Positions 27,355 through 37,509 of a stretch of 64,000 nt of DNA are shown in pieces (position 1 is the first letter of the stretch; the number at the start of each line of letters is the position of its first letter). Made by a program: the position numbers and the translations under genes. Below the pieces are notes generated by a model. That model was not told the origin of the DNA, searched no databases, and worked only from the letters and a program-made list of their open reading frames with translations. Source of the DNA: a virus (Duplodnaviria; Caudoviricetes). Where the stretch lies: the IMG/VR virus record IMGVR_UViG_3300043104_000334, one strand, 5' to 3'.

Positions 27355-30300
27355 CTAGACCTCCAGAATAAAGTCTCCATTGATTGCCCGGATGAAGTAC
27401 TTCTTCTCTCCAATCTTTGTAAGGATACCATTGTTTGCAAACTCCATAATCTGCTGTAAGGTAAGCCGTGACACAGCAATCCTGAATAGCGTGTCTCCCT
27501 TAACATTGATATAGTTTCCAGTTACAATGATTGGGATATTGTTTGGCTGAACCTCTCGTATAATATCACGCAACTTCTGAAACTCCTCAAGAGTAATGTT
27601 CGATGTACTAACCTCCTTGAGTGACACCTGCTTTGTCTCGATTGCAAGATTAGAGTTGAGGAAGTTCTTCCACGATACATTCGCAACATCTATAGCATTC
27701 TGACATTTCCTGTCGTCAACTGTAGTATCATTGCTATATACAGGTTCCGTTATTGGAGCTTCTTCGCAGTAAGAGTATGCGAGCGGAGAATAAACAATAT
27801 CCTGCTTGAGCGGGATTGAAATAAGCTTCTTTCCCATTGCATTGGCTTTCTTTCTTTCGAGCGCCCACCGGCGAACATAGGCAAAGATATACTCATGTTC
27901 TGACCTATCCAAATAAGGATACAAATCCTCTACATCTGAATATCCACGCACAAGTTCCTCATACATAAGAATTTCATCAATGTCAGAGCTCGGCAGGAAG
28001 TTATCCCGATAAGATAACTTAAGTGGGTTTACACAGATTGCATGAGAATCATACGCGTTCTGATAGAAACCGGCACCATTCGCCTTATCCAGAGCATTCT
28101 GTTCATAATAGTTCGGGAGCAATGGGTAGGTCTTTACAGAATAACCTTTCTTTGGCTTTACGTGCCACGGGTCAACATTTACATTCACCGCACAAATTAT
28201 AAATGTTCCGGTCACTGTATTTGGATTGTACTCATATTTACAGTAATCATAAACTGTCATATATTTCTTATGAGTATCCTTATTGAATGACCGGACAAAA
28301 TTGTACACATCCACCGGAACCTTAATAATAAGGTTCCTTGAATCATACATGTTGACAGTAACCTGATAATTCCCATCAATTGGTTCTGTCCGAACACCGC
28401 CCGCATAGATGAAGAAGAACAGCTGAGCAGCAACATAGTCAATAGACGCTTCTGCACATCTCTTTTCAGACCAGTTGCTAATCTCACCAAAGTTTGACAA
28501 TGGCTTCGCACTGAACTCAGCAGCCGCAACGGCGTCCTTGACAACCGCATGCATTAAGCGACGAATCTTCATATCATTTTTGCCATTATCAACAACAACC
28601 AGCTCCATTAGGTAAGGACGCTGTTTTTCAATAGGCGCATTAGAGATTTCCCTGAACACCTTTGTGCAATATGCCCATGCCCACGTATTAGCGCTAGCCC
28701 GGTTTTCACGATACTTGGCAAAATCGACAAGATAACCGTTATAAGCATTATCCCGTGTCGTAATGATCGACTTGATATCAATCAGGTCGGATGACTCAAT
28801 ATTGGCAATAAGTTCCTCAGCCTGTGATAGCGTAACATTACTGCCATATTCAGCATAGACCGTAGAGATGATACACTCAACAATAGGGATATAAGACACC
28901 CTAAGGTCATCCATAATTCCATCACCAAATGCATCAATAGAGATGTTCCCGTATAAGCAGTCATGTACGAACAGTAGCTTCGTGTAGTAATCAGCGGCAT
29001 CATACTTCTTATTGGTACGCCCCATAAGCTGGCTTACCTGACTGAGCATTGCTTGGTCTTTAGAATACTTAGCGAAGTAGTCTGTGAATGTGGAGTCAAA
29101 CCCAGGCTGTCCCGGTTCAATCTCTTTTCTCATCATCTGCTCACGCCGGTCTCTAAGGTCATCAATATCAGCAAGTTCAAGGAACGACTCAATACCGTTA
29201 TCTAAATCCTCAATACTGAGATCAAATGCATTAAGGATATACTCCGGGATGTCCTGCAGATACAACTCAAATGCATCACACAAATCGTCTGCCTTGTTGT
29301 CAAGCGCATAACGCTTATTAACCGAGTAACTTGCATTCCGTGTGATAGAGTTTGAAATCATGTCAATGATCGCAACCGGATTCAAGCCGTCATTTCGTAA
29401 GTACTCTGCCGTTGATTCCACCGGAGCTTTCTCTGACTTTGAAGCGATAAGCTGAATTGCCTTGAGTACCGCGAAGTTCCAAATGTAATAGTCATCTGCA
29501 CTCGCTATGATATCGACAGGAAATGCAATACCCGGGAATATAGATGCAAAGGCAAAGTTGGAAGCCGAGTAATAAACTGCACCATTTGTATTACTGTGAG
29601 TAAGACCAAGGTTGACTTTATTATGTGCAACCTTATAGGTGTAAGTATACCCACTCTCAGAAACGAGAGTGATATACAGTCTGTCTGAAACATCACTGTA
29701 AAGAGCGTTTGTTACCGGAGAATATTTCTTACCTGTATCTCTCCGACGGCGAATCTGCAAAAGTTCATCATTCGTAGGGATGAGAATACGCGACCGCTTG
29801 AACTCGACAACATCTGTAATGTCTGTGAAGTTCTCATGAGTCTTCAGATAATGCAGATTGTTCTGAGCATCGACGATAACCATTTTCTTGTCCCGGTTGT
29901 CAAATACATAAGACATAGAGCTTGCACTGCCGAGTGGGTCTCTAGAGAACTTGAACATTCCATCAACATTGAGCTTTGTCTCAACCTTTGTACATTTGTC
30001 TTTGAATCCCTCCGGACCCCAAGCATAGTACGCCGCCAAGAACTCAGCCGTTGTAGGTGTCTTTGTATTAAGTACACCTTTGCTGACGAGCCAGTCTACA
30101 AGCTGCACATAGGAGCCGTAGTTTCTCAGCCGATGTCTCTTAATCATAATATCGAAATACTTTTTGTAATCCGGATTTGCAGCAAGTTCGTCAATAGTAA
30201 ACAATGCTTCCGGATTTACGAAGAAGTTGATAGGACGATTGTCTGCGACGTAGTTCACGTCATAGAACGTCCGCTCCATTGTTTCCAGATAAGCAACAAA

Positions 30301-30672
30301 CTCTTCACGGGTGTTAATCTGGTACACCGGCTCTACCTTGAACTGATATGCTGACTCTTCTCTGAATGTGTAGTACTTTGATGCTTCAACATCGCTAAGC
30401 GCTGATGTAGACGCAATATCGATAGATGCGCCCCACTCAAGCTCGTCAACATCGTCACGACTCATAGATTCGTGTTCACTGATTGGCGTTCCGGTAGGGT
30501 CCTCAATCTGATCTGCTTCATAGCTATAATACTTATAGCCCGCCTGAATCAGCGGGCTCATATACATCTCCAGATAGAGAGCTTTCTTACACATAGGTAA
30601 TTCAAAATTTCCATCTTCGAGCATGTAGCCAACAATTGTACCGTTGTCCACAATTTTCTTTTTTATCTGCAT
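27355..30672 (-). CDS. large hypothetical protein (1105 aa)
   Basis: Long ORF with AAGGAG RBS; no motif recognised. Confidence 0.7.
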   Translation of the reverse strand: MQIKKKIVDNGTIVGYMLEDGNFELPMCKKALYLEMYMSPLIQAGYKYYSYEADQIEDPTGTPISEHESMSRDDVDELEWGASIDIASTSALSDVEASKYYTFREESAYQFKVEPVYQINTREEFVAYLETMERTFYDVNYVADNRPINFFVNPEALFTIDELAANPDYKKYFDIMIKRHRLRNYGSYVQLVDWLVSKGVLNTKTPTTAEFLAAYYAWGPEGFKDKCTKVETKLNVDGMFKFSRDPLGSASSMSYVFDNRDKKMVIVDAQNNLHYLKTHENFTDITDVVEFKRSRILIPTNDELLQIRRRRDTGKKYSPVTNALYSDVSDRLYITLVSESGYTYTYKVAHNKVNLGLTHSNTNGAVYYSASNFAFASIFPGIAFPVDIIASADDYYIWNFAVLKAIQLIASKSEKAPVESTAEYLRNDGLNPVAIIDMISNSITRNASYSVNKRYALDNKADDLCDAFELYLQDIPEYILNAFDLSIEDLDNGIESFLELADIDDLRDRREQMMRKEIEPGQPGFDSTFTDYFAKYSKDQAMLSQVSQLMGRTNKKYDAADYYTKLLFVHDCLYGNISIDAFGDGIMDDLRVSYIPIVECIISTVYAEYGSNVTLSQAEELIANIESSDLIDIKSIITTRDNAYNGYLVDFAKYRENRASANTWAWAYCTKVFREISNAPIEKQRPYLMELVVVDNGKNDMKIRRLMHAVVKDAVAAAEFSAKPLSNFGEISNWSEKRCAEASIDYVAAQLFFFIYAGGVRTEPIDGNYQVTVNMYDSRNLIIKVPVDVYNFVRSFNKDTHKKYMTVYDYCKYEYNPNTVTGTFIICAVNVNVDPWHVKPKKGYSVKTYPLLPNYYEQNALDKANGAGFYQNAYDSHAICVNPLKLSYRDNFLPSSDIDEILMYEELVRGYSDVEDLYPYLDRSEHEYIFAYVRRWALERKKANAMGKKLISIPLKQDIVYSPLAYSYCEEAPITEPVYSNDTTVDDRKCQNAIDVANVSWKNFLNSNLAIETKQVSLKEVSTSNITLEEFQKLRDIIREVQPNNIPIIVTGNYINVKGDTLFRIAVSRLTLQQIMEFANNGILTKIGEKKYFIRAINGDFILEV

Positions 30673-30804
30673 CTCTTAAATTCTCCTTTATTATCTATGC
30701 ACTTTATGATATACACGGTTAATACAGCATATATCTACTCCCTCAGGGAATAGGGAGCATGGCTTTATTTAGTTACGATAGGGTGTACGTAAGCTAACTA
30801 AATC

Positions 30805-31182
30805 CTAGTTAGCGCCAGAGCCGTCGATCTCGTCTGCTTTCTTAGCAGCTGCAGCGGTCTGAGCACCTGCCTCTTCGGTCGCAGCCTTATTAGCAGCGGT
30901 AGAGGACTCAAGCACCGCAGATACCTGATCGATGTTACTCTTCGCCTTGTCAAGGCGCTCTTTGATTTTTCCGAAAGTCTTTTCGAAGCCGTCAACAACC
31001 TCAAGAAGAGCAGTCTTTGTCTCGGACTCACCGATAACGTCTTCTCCCTTGAGCTGCTGGATAATCGGCATGATCTCTTCATACTTCTCGTCCATAGCGT
31101 TTACTGCGGCAGTGGTCTCATCAATGAGAGCCTGAAGTTGCGCCGCATCATATGCATTTCCTGCACCAGCTTTAAATGCCAT
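30805..31182 (-). CDS. WXG100-like helical hairpin protein (125 aa)
   Basis: Two amphipathic helices around a central Gly turn (KGEDVIGES), Ala-rich tail, strong RBS, near an FtsK ATPase. The Trp of WxG is absent. Confidence 0.5.
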   Translation of the reverse strand: MAFKAGAGNAYDAAQLQALIDETTAAVNAMDEKYEEIMPIIQQLKGEDVIGESETKTALLEVVDGFEKTFGKIKERLDKAKSNIDQVSAVLESSTAANKAATEEAGAQTAAAAKKADEIDGSGAN

Positions 31183-31204
31183 AATAGTTTACCTCCATAA
31201 GATT
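31179..31204 (-). repeat. 26-nt exact direct repeat of the leader/RBS (second copy at 31525-31550)
   Basis: AATCTTATGGAGGTAAACTATTATGG spans the RBS and start codon of both WXG100-like genes. Confidence 0.9.
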
Positions 31205-31228
31205 ATTTTTGTTTTACATGTAGTCAGT

Positions 31229-31528
31229 CTATGACAGAACTGCGCCCGTTGCAGAAGCCTCAGCAAACTGCTCGGAACTTGCAACGATTGCCGCCAGCTG
31301 AGAGCCAGCGTTCTGAACCGGGTCGGTCGTATCCGCAAGAAGATCAGCAGCTTCAAGCAGGTAATTACCGATGGTAACGTTCATGTCAACGCATCCGGTC
31401 ATGTTTCCGATTGATTCAGCCTTACTCTTCATCTCGGTAGAAATGTTTCCGATTTCCTCTCCGAGGTTTTCAAGTCTTGTAGCGAGCGCTGATGCAGCGT
31501 CTCTGTCTACCACGTTCCATTTTACCAT
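31229..31528 (-). CDS. WXG100-like helical hairpin protein (99 aa)
   Basis: VVDRDAASALATRL N-terminus, central NMTG turn and C-terminal QLAAIVASSEQFAEA helix; about 100 aa. Confidence 0.55.
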   Translation of the reverse strand: MVKWNVVDRDAASALATRLENLGEEIGNISTEMKSKAESIGNMTGCVDMNVTIGNYLLEAADLLADTTDPVQNAGSQLAAIVASSEQFAEASATGAVLS

Positions 31529-31673
31529 AATAGTTTACCTCCATAAGATTTTTGTGTATTAAATGTGTAGTAGCCCTATCCTCTACCACAATTTATATAA
31601 AGTCATAATAGTGACCTCATACCATAAACTTTAATGTACTTATACTTAATAAATTATGTTTAATTCAACCTTT

Positions 31674-31705
31674 CCTTTCTTTCACGTGTATATGTGAAAG
31701 AAAGG
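31674..31705 (-). terminator. hairpin, probable terminator
   Basis: CCTTTCTTTCAC-N8-GTGAAAGAAAGG after the 31721 stop. Confidence 0.6.
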
Positions 31706-31720
31706 TAGGCATCTTCAGTT

Positions 31721-32590
31721 TTACTTCTTATCATTATCTACTATGAAGTTGTATAACGATAATGGGGACCATCCATCATTACTATAACTCTCAATAAGGA
31801 CGGTTGTTTCACTTGTTGCATAGCCAATTATATCCTTTGTTGAGCCACCGGTAACAGATGCATTAGTTGTTGAACCGATTATAGTATGATGACTATCTTT
31901 ATGGTTCTCCCACGATGTTGTTACATCACTTGTACCGTTAGACGTCACCTGTGATGTTCCTACAGGCCCAGCACAAAACCAATTAGCAACATTGCTAAAA
32001 GTAATTCTACAGTTTCCTTTTGTATTAACAATAATGATTTCATCACTGTTTGTTGTATTAACAGAACCGAATACAAAGTTAAATGGTGCGATAATCTCAA
32101 TGTAATTATATTCACCAAAATCCCATAACTCACCTAATTTAACACCTTCGGTCTCTGTACTCATATTATTTGCCTTAGCTATGCCACTCGTTGACAAGCC
32201 AACGTTAGCTAAGTTAAATATAGGATTATCACTGTCACTGTTATCCATTGTTAAATTAGTACTTGTAGCACCGGCGAATGTAGATGTTACAAATAAAGTT
32301 TTTGCATTATATTTGTTTGTATTATTATTTCCATATAATGTAGCTAACGTGAACGTGGAGTTTGTTGTCTTAGACATTTCAGTCTGCGGACAGGTTAACT
32401 TTCTACTACCCGTCATTTGTTGATAGAGCTCAACAGATGAATCTGTCTTACTCTTAACGTTACTTGGAGTGTAATAAGTTCCAACCGCGAAATCCTTTTC
32501 ATCCTGCGTTGTATCATAGTTGTTAATAACGACAACAGCAATTATAATAAACCCTATAAACGCCAATGTCATAGCTACTCTATCTTTCAT
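31721..32590 (-). CDS. membrane-anchored, Thr/Ser/Asn-rich exported protein
   Basis: N-terminal TM helix; the C-terminal part weakly resembles an M23-like fold without Zn ligands. Confidence 0.55.
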   Translation of the reverse strand: MKDRVAMTLAFIGFIIIAVVVINNYDTTQDEKDFAVGTYYTPSNVKSKTDSSVELYQQMTGSRKLTCPQTEMSKTTNSTFTLATLYGNNNTNKYNAKTLFVTSTFAGATSTNLTMDNSDSDNPIFNLANVGLSTSGIAKANNMSTETEGVKLGELWDFGEYNYIEIIAPFNFVFGSVNTTNSDEIIIVNTKGNCRITFSNVANWFCAGPVGTSQVTSNGTSDVTTSWENHKDSHHTIIGSTTNASVTGGSTKDIIGYATSETTVLIESYSNDGWSPLSLYNFIVDNDKK

Positions 32591-32631
32591 TATAGCCTCC
32601 TTGATTACATATCTTAATAGTTATGCAATCA

Positions 32632-32651
32632 TACGGAGATTTCTCTCCGTA
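32632..32651 (-). terminator. hairpin after the FtsK gene
   Basis: TACGGAGA-tttc-TCTCCGTA. Confidence 0.45.
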
Positions 32652-32654
32652 CTT

Positions 32655-35600
32655 TTAAAGAACAATCTCAGAACTTGCAATCTCACGTTCGCATTCTGAA
32701 ATGTAAAGCTTATCGCGTGTAATGTTTCCATCATGCCATGAGAATATCCATCCTGTCTTCATACCCTCATAGTTCTTTCCAGCTTGTCTTGTACCAATAC
32801 ACTTATCGGAATCGTCAACAGAACACTTAGCTGCAATTCTGTAGTTACAAGCATTAACAGTAGCAAGTGCCATACCTGTCATTGTTGTTCCCATGAATAT
32901 AATATGAATATTGTACTCACCACATGTCTGTAATAAGTTGTTCATATTCGTTCTAACGTTCATGTCTGTTTCAATTCCGAATCCCGGACCTTTATCCCAA
33001 CCAAGTAAGAATATCCAAATAGGTGTGTCTTTTCTACCTTTCTCTTTCCTTGCATTGTACAAACCTTGAATCCATTTTACAATTTCTTTAGGCTTGTTAT
33101 TCTCGTATAGCAGGTGTCCATGTTTATCAGGAAATGTTATGCAATTGTCAATATCACATAAGTATCCTAAATCATGAACCTGCGTATTGATAATAACAGT
33201 ACCGGGCACTTTATTATTCTTGATATTACACATAAGCTCTTGGAAGAACATTACAAAGTCTGTATAATCAGATAATACTGACATAATATTTGTATTATTC
33301 TTCGCAGTAAGAATTATGTTATCAGGTGCTTTATTCTGTGAGTAAGCCATCCGGTTTCCTAAGAAGAATACACCAGAATCAGGTAATGATTTCTTTACTG
33401 CAGGACTGTTATATGTATCTACTAACTGTTGAATAGGATGCTTTGTTACCTCTTCATAAGTGATAACATCTTTCTTAGGCATTTTTCTTTCTTCTGCCAG
33501 TAGAGCCATTCTTTTGATATGTTCTCGTAAATCATCATCAGGTATGAATGGAGTTCGATACCTAGGCTGGTCTTCATTAGAAATACCAGTAGCCTTAACA
33601 ATAAGAAATCCAAATTTCTCCTTAATATCAGAAGCTTTAGATGTACCAAGGATTTCCTGTGATACTTCTTTATCACAACGCAAAGCAAACCTTAAGGTGA
33701 ACTGCTGTAAGATATCAGCACTCAAAGTTTTCTTCATTGACTGCGACGTAAAGAAGATATGTACATTAGCTGCACGACCTACCTTGGCAATCTGAGTAAT
33801 ATCAGCCTTAATTAAATCAAGATTCTTCGGGTCAGCCTTTTCAAAGATAACCTGAAACTCATCTGCTATAAACAGTATGCGTGGCCAGCAGTTTTCTGTA
33901 TACCTTTCATCCCCTGTATCAGAAGCTTTCTGTCTCCAGAACTTGTTCCAACCAACAGCACCCTTTTGGTTAGGTGATGTTTTACCGTCAGGACAATAAG
34001 CCAACTCACTAACATATAGACTCGGGTCTTTAAGCACATCGTATCTGTGGTCAGCCTCAACACGTAACGCATGAAACAGCGAAGTAGCATAATCACCATC
34101 AGATGTACATAGACATGCCTTAATATGTGGTAACATATATGGACACTCATCATTAGGCAGGTAAAACTTAAACTCTGTTCCCTTAAAGTCAGTAAGCCAT
34201 AACTCAAGCTCTCTAGGCGAGTATTCCTTAGTTGCAGTGGCGATCAAGTGGTTAAGGAATACTGACTTACCAGCACCAGTACCACCAACACCAATAACAT
34301 GTACGTTACCAGTGTTACCAACCTCGAACGGTTTATATGATGTAGGATCACCATTAAGATAACCAGGATACAACTCCATATAATTATCTGCATTACCAGT
34401 CCACATCTTTGAGTCAGGAATTACATTATCAATGAATTCTTTCCAAGGCAATCCCTTCGGCTTAGATTTGGAAATAGCATCTGCGTAGTTTGAAGCAACC
34501 TTAGCACACCAATCATCATTTACGATATCAGTAATAGGATGCTCAATACTTTCAAATGGTCTCCTGAACACAAATGCTGTCTTAGACTGCATATAATCAG
34601 AAATCATCCAAATGAAGACACCACCAGTTGCTGAGTATTCAAAGAAGCTCTGAAGTTTTTCATCTTCCTCAATTGTCTTAGGCTGCGATAAAACCATAAG
34701 AATACGATACTCAATAGGAGTCATCCCTACTTCTTCACACTTCTTATTATACTCGTCTATTGTCTTACCTGACATAGCCTTGAAGTTCTCTTGTACGTAG
34801 GTAACAAGGTCATCAATAATTTTGGTAAGATCGTCGTTATAGAACTCCAAGTATTGATTTATTTCATTCTTGAATAAAGGCATTATGCTACGACCAAAGT
34901 CATTTGGGTCGTAAACAATTACCTTTACTTTACCCGGCGATACATTGCTGACTGCATTAACATACATAGCCTGTAAGAACTTGTTCATCTTAGATGTGTC
35001 GACACTAGGACGAATAACAATATTCCTTTGACCAACGTCAACAGTCTCTTCTATGCAATCATCATGAATACCGAGAGTGAATGTTCCGTTAAATGTAAGA
35101 TGCTGGGAGAATCTATCACCAAGAAACTTGTACTCACTCTTAAGTTTTTCATACTGTTTATTCATGTATGCAATCTCGGCTATGACATCAGCTTTGATTC
35201 TCTCTATCTTATTATTGAATGTTGTCTCAAGTTCTTTAAGATGTTTCTGATTCTCTGGTAATGCATCAGACCACGCTGCAATTACCTTTGAATTACGAGT
35301 ATCAGGATTACTCTCTTCGAACTTTGCTTCAACTTCATCATACATAGACTCAAACTTACTGAATCTCTCATCTTTATCAAGCATCTCATCAGTAAGCTCT
35401 TCTGGCAATAGTTGTGATTCGTCTAGAGCAGTGAATCCCATATTCTCTGGTTTTACGTTAAACGTAATAGCCAGCAAGATACTATAGAACTTTACTCTAT
35501 TTATATTCTGAATCTGGTTCACACCTAACGCGGTAAAGAATGCTATACTTACAAAATCAAGTATAGGTGTGAAACATGCAATAAGCATACCTATCAGAAC

Positions 35601-36230
35601 TATTCCCTGCATCATAGAGTCATCACAAACTTTCCGGAACTTAGCAATAACATTAGTTCCAGTAGACTCCTTTTGCATGTATGCGATATACTCATCATAT
35701 AAGCTGCTAAGCTCATTGGGCGTGAACATTGTTTCATCGATAGCAATATCAGATGTTGTTATGCCATACTGATTGCATACATTAAATATCTTATCTGAGT
35801 ATTCCTCAAGTGATTTTCGTTTTTCCTCGAGCATTCTAAAATCGGCGTTACCATCATTATTCTGATTGATAAGACACTGATTGTGTAACTTGTTTGAAGA
35901 CTCAATTTCATTCTTTAAACTTGTTATCTGCTCATCAACAGCAGAGTAAGTGGCTTCCTTATCAGAAAGCCACTTCTCCTGTTCCTTTGCTAGCTCATCT
36001 GTTATTACAGCTAAGACCACATCCAATGATAGGTCAAATTTGATACTGTCAAGAGCCGTTTTGAAATTTGTTAACTTACTCATGTGTGCCTTGTATGCAG
36101 ACAAAACTTCCGGTCTTTCTTCCTGAAATTTCTGCAGGCGCTCATCATACTGGTCAATCATCGTAATAAGCTTTTTATAAGGCTCATCTAATAACGCCAT
36201 AACATATTCTGCAATACTTAACATAGGCAC
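32655..36230 (-). CDS. EssC/EccC-like membrane FtsK/SpoIIIE ATPase with tandem RecA-like domains
   Basis: Coiled coil, TM region at about aa 205-240, a degenerate domain (VSPGKVKVIVYDP), an intact domain (GGTGAGKS, SPRELELWLTDFKG, LPHI, IADEFQ, GRAANVH, SQ) and a degenerate C-terminal domain (PIWIFLLGWD, GEYNIHII). Confidence 0.85.
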   Translation of the reverse strand: MPMLSIAEYVMALLDEPYKKLITMIDQYDERLQKFQEERPEVLSAYKAHMSKLTNFKTALDSIKFDLSLDVVLAVITDELAKEQEKWLSDKEATYSAVDEQITSLKNEIESSNKLHNQCLINQNNDGNADFRMLEEKRKSLEEYSDKIFNVCNQYGITTSDIAIDETMFTPNELSSLYDEYIAYMQKESTGTNVIAKFRKVCDDSMMQGIVLIGMLIACFTPILDFVSIAFFTALGVNQIQNINRVKFYSILLAITFNVKPENMGFTALDESQLLPEELTDEMLDKDERFSKFESMYDEVEAKFEESNPDTRNSKVIAAWSDALPENQKHLKELETTFNNKIERIKADVIAEIAYMNKQYEKLKSEYKFLGDRFSQHLTFNGTFTLGIHDDCIEETVDVGQRNIVIRPSVDTSKMNKFLQAMYVNAVSNVSPGKVKVIVYDPNDFGRSIMPLFKNEINQYLEFYNDDLTKIIDDLVTYVQENFKAMSGKTIDEYNKKCEEVGMTPIEYRILMVLSQPKTIEEDEKLQSFFEYSATGGVFIWMISDYMQSKTAFVFRRPFESIEHPITDIVNDDWCAKVASNYADAISKSKPKGLPWKEFIDNVIPDSKMWTGNADNYMELYPGYLNGDPTSYKPFEVGNTGNVHVIGVGGTGAGKSVFLNHLIATATKEYSPRELELWLTDFKGTEFKFYLPNDECPYMLPHIKACLCTSDGDYATSLFHALRVEADHRYDVLKDPSLYVSELAYCPDGKTSPNQKGAVGWNKFWRQKASDTGDERYTENCWPRILFIADEFQVIFEKADPKNLDLIKADITQIAKVGRAANVHIFFTSQSMKKTLSADILQQFTLRFALRCDKEVSQEILGTSKASDIKEKFGFLIVKATGISNEDQPRYRTPFIPDDDLREHIKRMALLAEERKMPKKDVITYEEVTKHPIQQLVDTYNSPAVKKSLPDSGVFFLGNRMAYSQNKAPDNIILTAKNNTNIMSVLSDYTDFVMFFQELMCNIKNNKVPGTVIINTQVHDLGYLCDIDNCITFPDKHGHLLYENNKPKEIVKWIQGLYNARKEKGRKDTPIWIFLLGWDKGPGFGIETDMNVRTNMNNLLQTCGEYNIHIIFMGTTMTGMALATVNACNYRIAAKCSVDDSDKCIGTRQAGKNYEGMKTGWIFSWHDGNITRDKLYISECEREIASSEIVL

Positions 36231-36237
36231 TCCTTAC

Positions 36238-36921
36238 CTAAACACATTCTCGTAAATCAAAATCATCTTTGGTGATTCCGAGTCTATCACCAAGTGTTCT
36301 CATTGGGATATCTCCCAACATGATACCTTTGTCCAAGTTGAAACTAAGATGCTCACAGTCTTCCTGAGATAACATCCCGGCAATACCATCTGGCATTATA
36401 GCCACACGAGACACATCAGGAATGTAAACTTCCCAATCTTTACCAACCTGTATCTTTCTGACGGACGTATTGATAAGCTTAATGGAGTTGCCACAAACAT
36501 TCTCAATAACATCTTTTAATGTGTATGCCTCGCCGTCACACGCAAAGCTACAGTTAGCGTAAGGTTTAAGCAACTGTACTGCTGTATTCATTGCAACATT
36601 GATATATTTCTTGTCACTTTCAGTAACCATTTTGTTTACAATGTATAACAGCTTCGCCGGAATACCAGCCATATAGTAATCCATCTTACATGCATAGAAA
36701 CATTCTACACACTTCCGGCTACCAATGACTTTCTTGACATCCGGAAACGTAGCAAAGAATGAATTTGCATCCTCAGTCTGATTATATACGGCCTTAATCT
36801 TTGAACTACACTGCAAGGCACGCTTGAACAAAATAAGGTCGTCATTCGTAATCTCTGGTACAACTGTTTTCTTCTTTTTACCATATATAATAGAATCGTT
36901 TAATTCTAACAATGATGTCAT
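36238..36921 (-). CDS. hypothetical protein
   Basis: Same operon as the FtsK gene. Confidence 0.6.
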   Translation of the reverse strand: MTSLLELNDSIIYGKKKKTVVPEITNDDLILFKRALQCSSKIKAVYNQTEDANSFFATFPDVKKVIGSRKCVECFYACKMDYYMAGIPAKLLYIVNKMVTESDKKYINVAMNTAVQLLKPYANCSFACDGEAYTLKDVIENVCGNSIKLINTSVRKIQVGKDWEVYIPDVSRVAIMPDGIAGMLSQEDCEHLSFNLDKGIMLGDIPMRTLGDRLGITKDDFDLRECV

Positions 36922-37496
36922 ACTGTACCTCCCTGTTTATGTCTTGCCTGTATAACCATGTCTGCAAGTGGCTTGAGGAAATTTGACAATGTTGCATCCT
37001 CAGGACCATGCACATTAAACTTGTAGACAGGACTTATATACTCCATAGTTGTCATAAGAGTGTACAAGTCATCCCGAAATATCCAGTAATCCTGACCGGT
37101 TGGAACGAAACTTGACTTCAGTAAAGAAACAGGCGGAACACTTACGATATTGATACCTACTGTACTCGTAAGTTTCTTCATCTGTTCAATAACTGGAGAC
37201 GCGTCCATGAAACTAGGCCACATCAGATAAGGCACCATTCCGGCATCAAAGTATCCTGTATTGACCCAATCCTGATGATACGTATTAAGATACATTACGT
37301 AATTATAATACATATCATAGTCCATAGTAGGCGCTACACAGTAGATATTGTTTCGCCGGTCGTAAGCAACCTTTGCCCCTTTGGAAATCATCTCATTTTT
37401 CCATTTTGCAAAATCAGCACTATCGTCCTGATTGTATATTCTTACCTGCTTGAAATTAGCAGTTACACGCTTAGCTTTAAAAACCTCGTCATTCAT
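36918..37496 (-). CDS. hypothetical protein
   Basis: Start moved to the ATG at 37496 (AAAGGA RBS). Confidence 0.55.
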   Translation of the reverse strand: MNDEVFKAKRVTANFKQVRIYNQDDSADFAKWKNEMISKGAKVAYDRRNNIYCVAPTMDYDMYYNYVMYLNTYHQDWVNTGYFDAGMVPYLMWPSFMDASPVIEQMKKLTSTVGINIVSVPPVSLLKSSFVPTGQDYWIFRDDLYTLMTTMEYISPVYKFNVHGPEDATLSNFLKPLADMVIQARHKQGGTV

Positions 37497-37509
37497 GGCA
37501 TAAGTCCTT

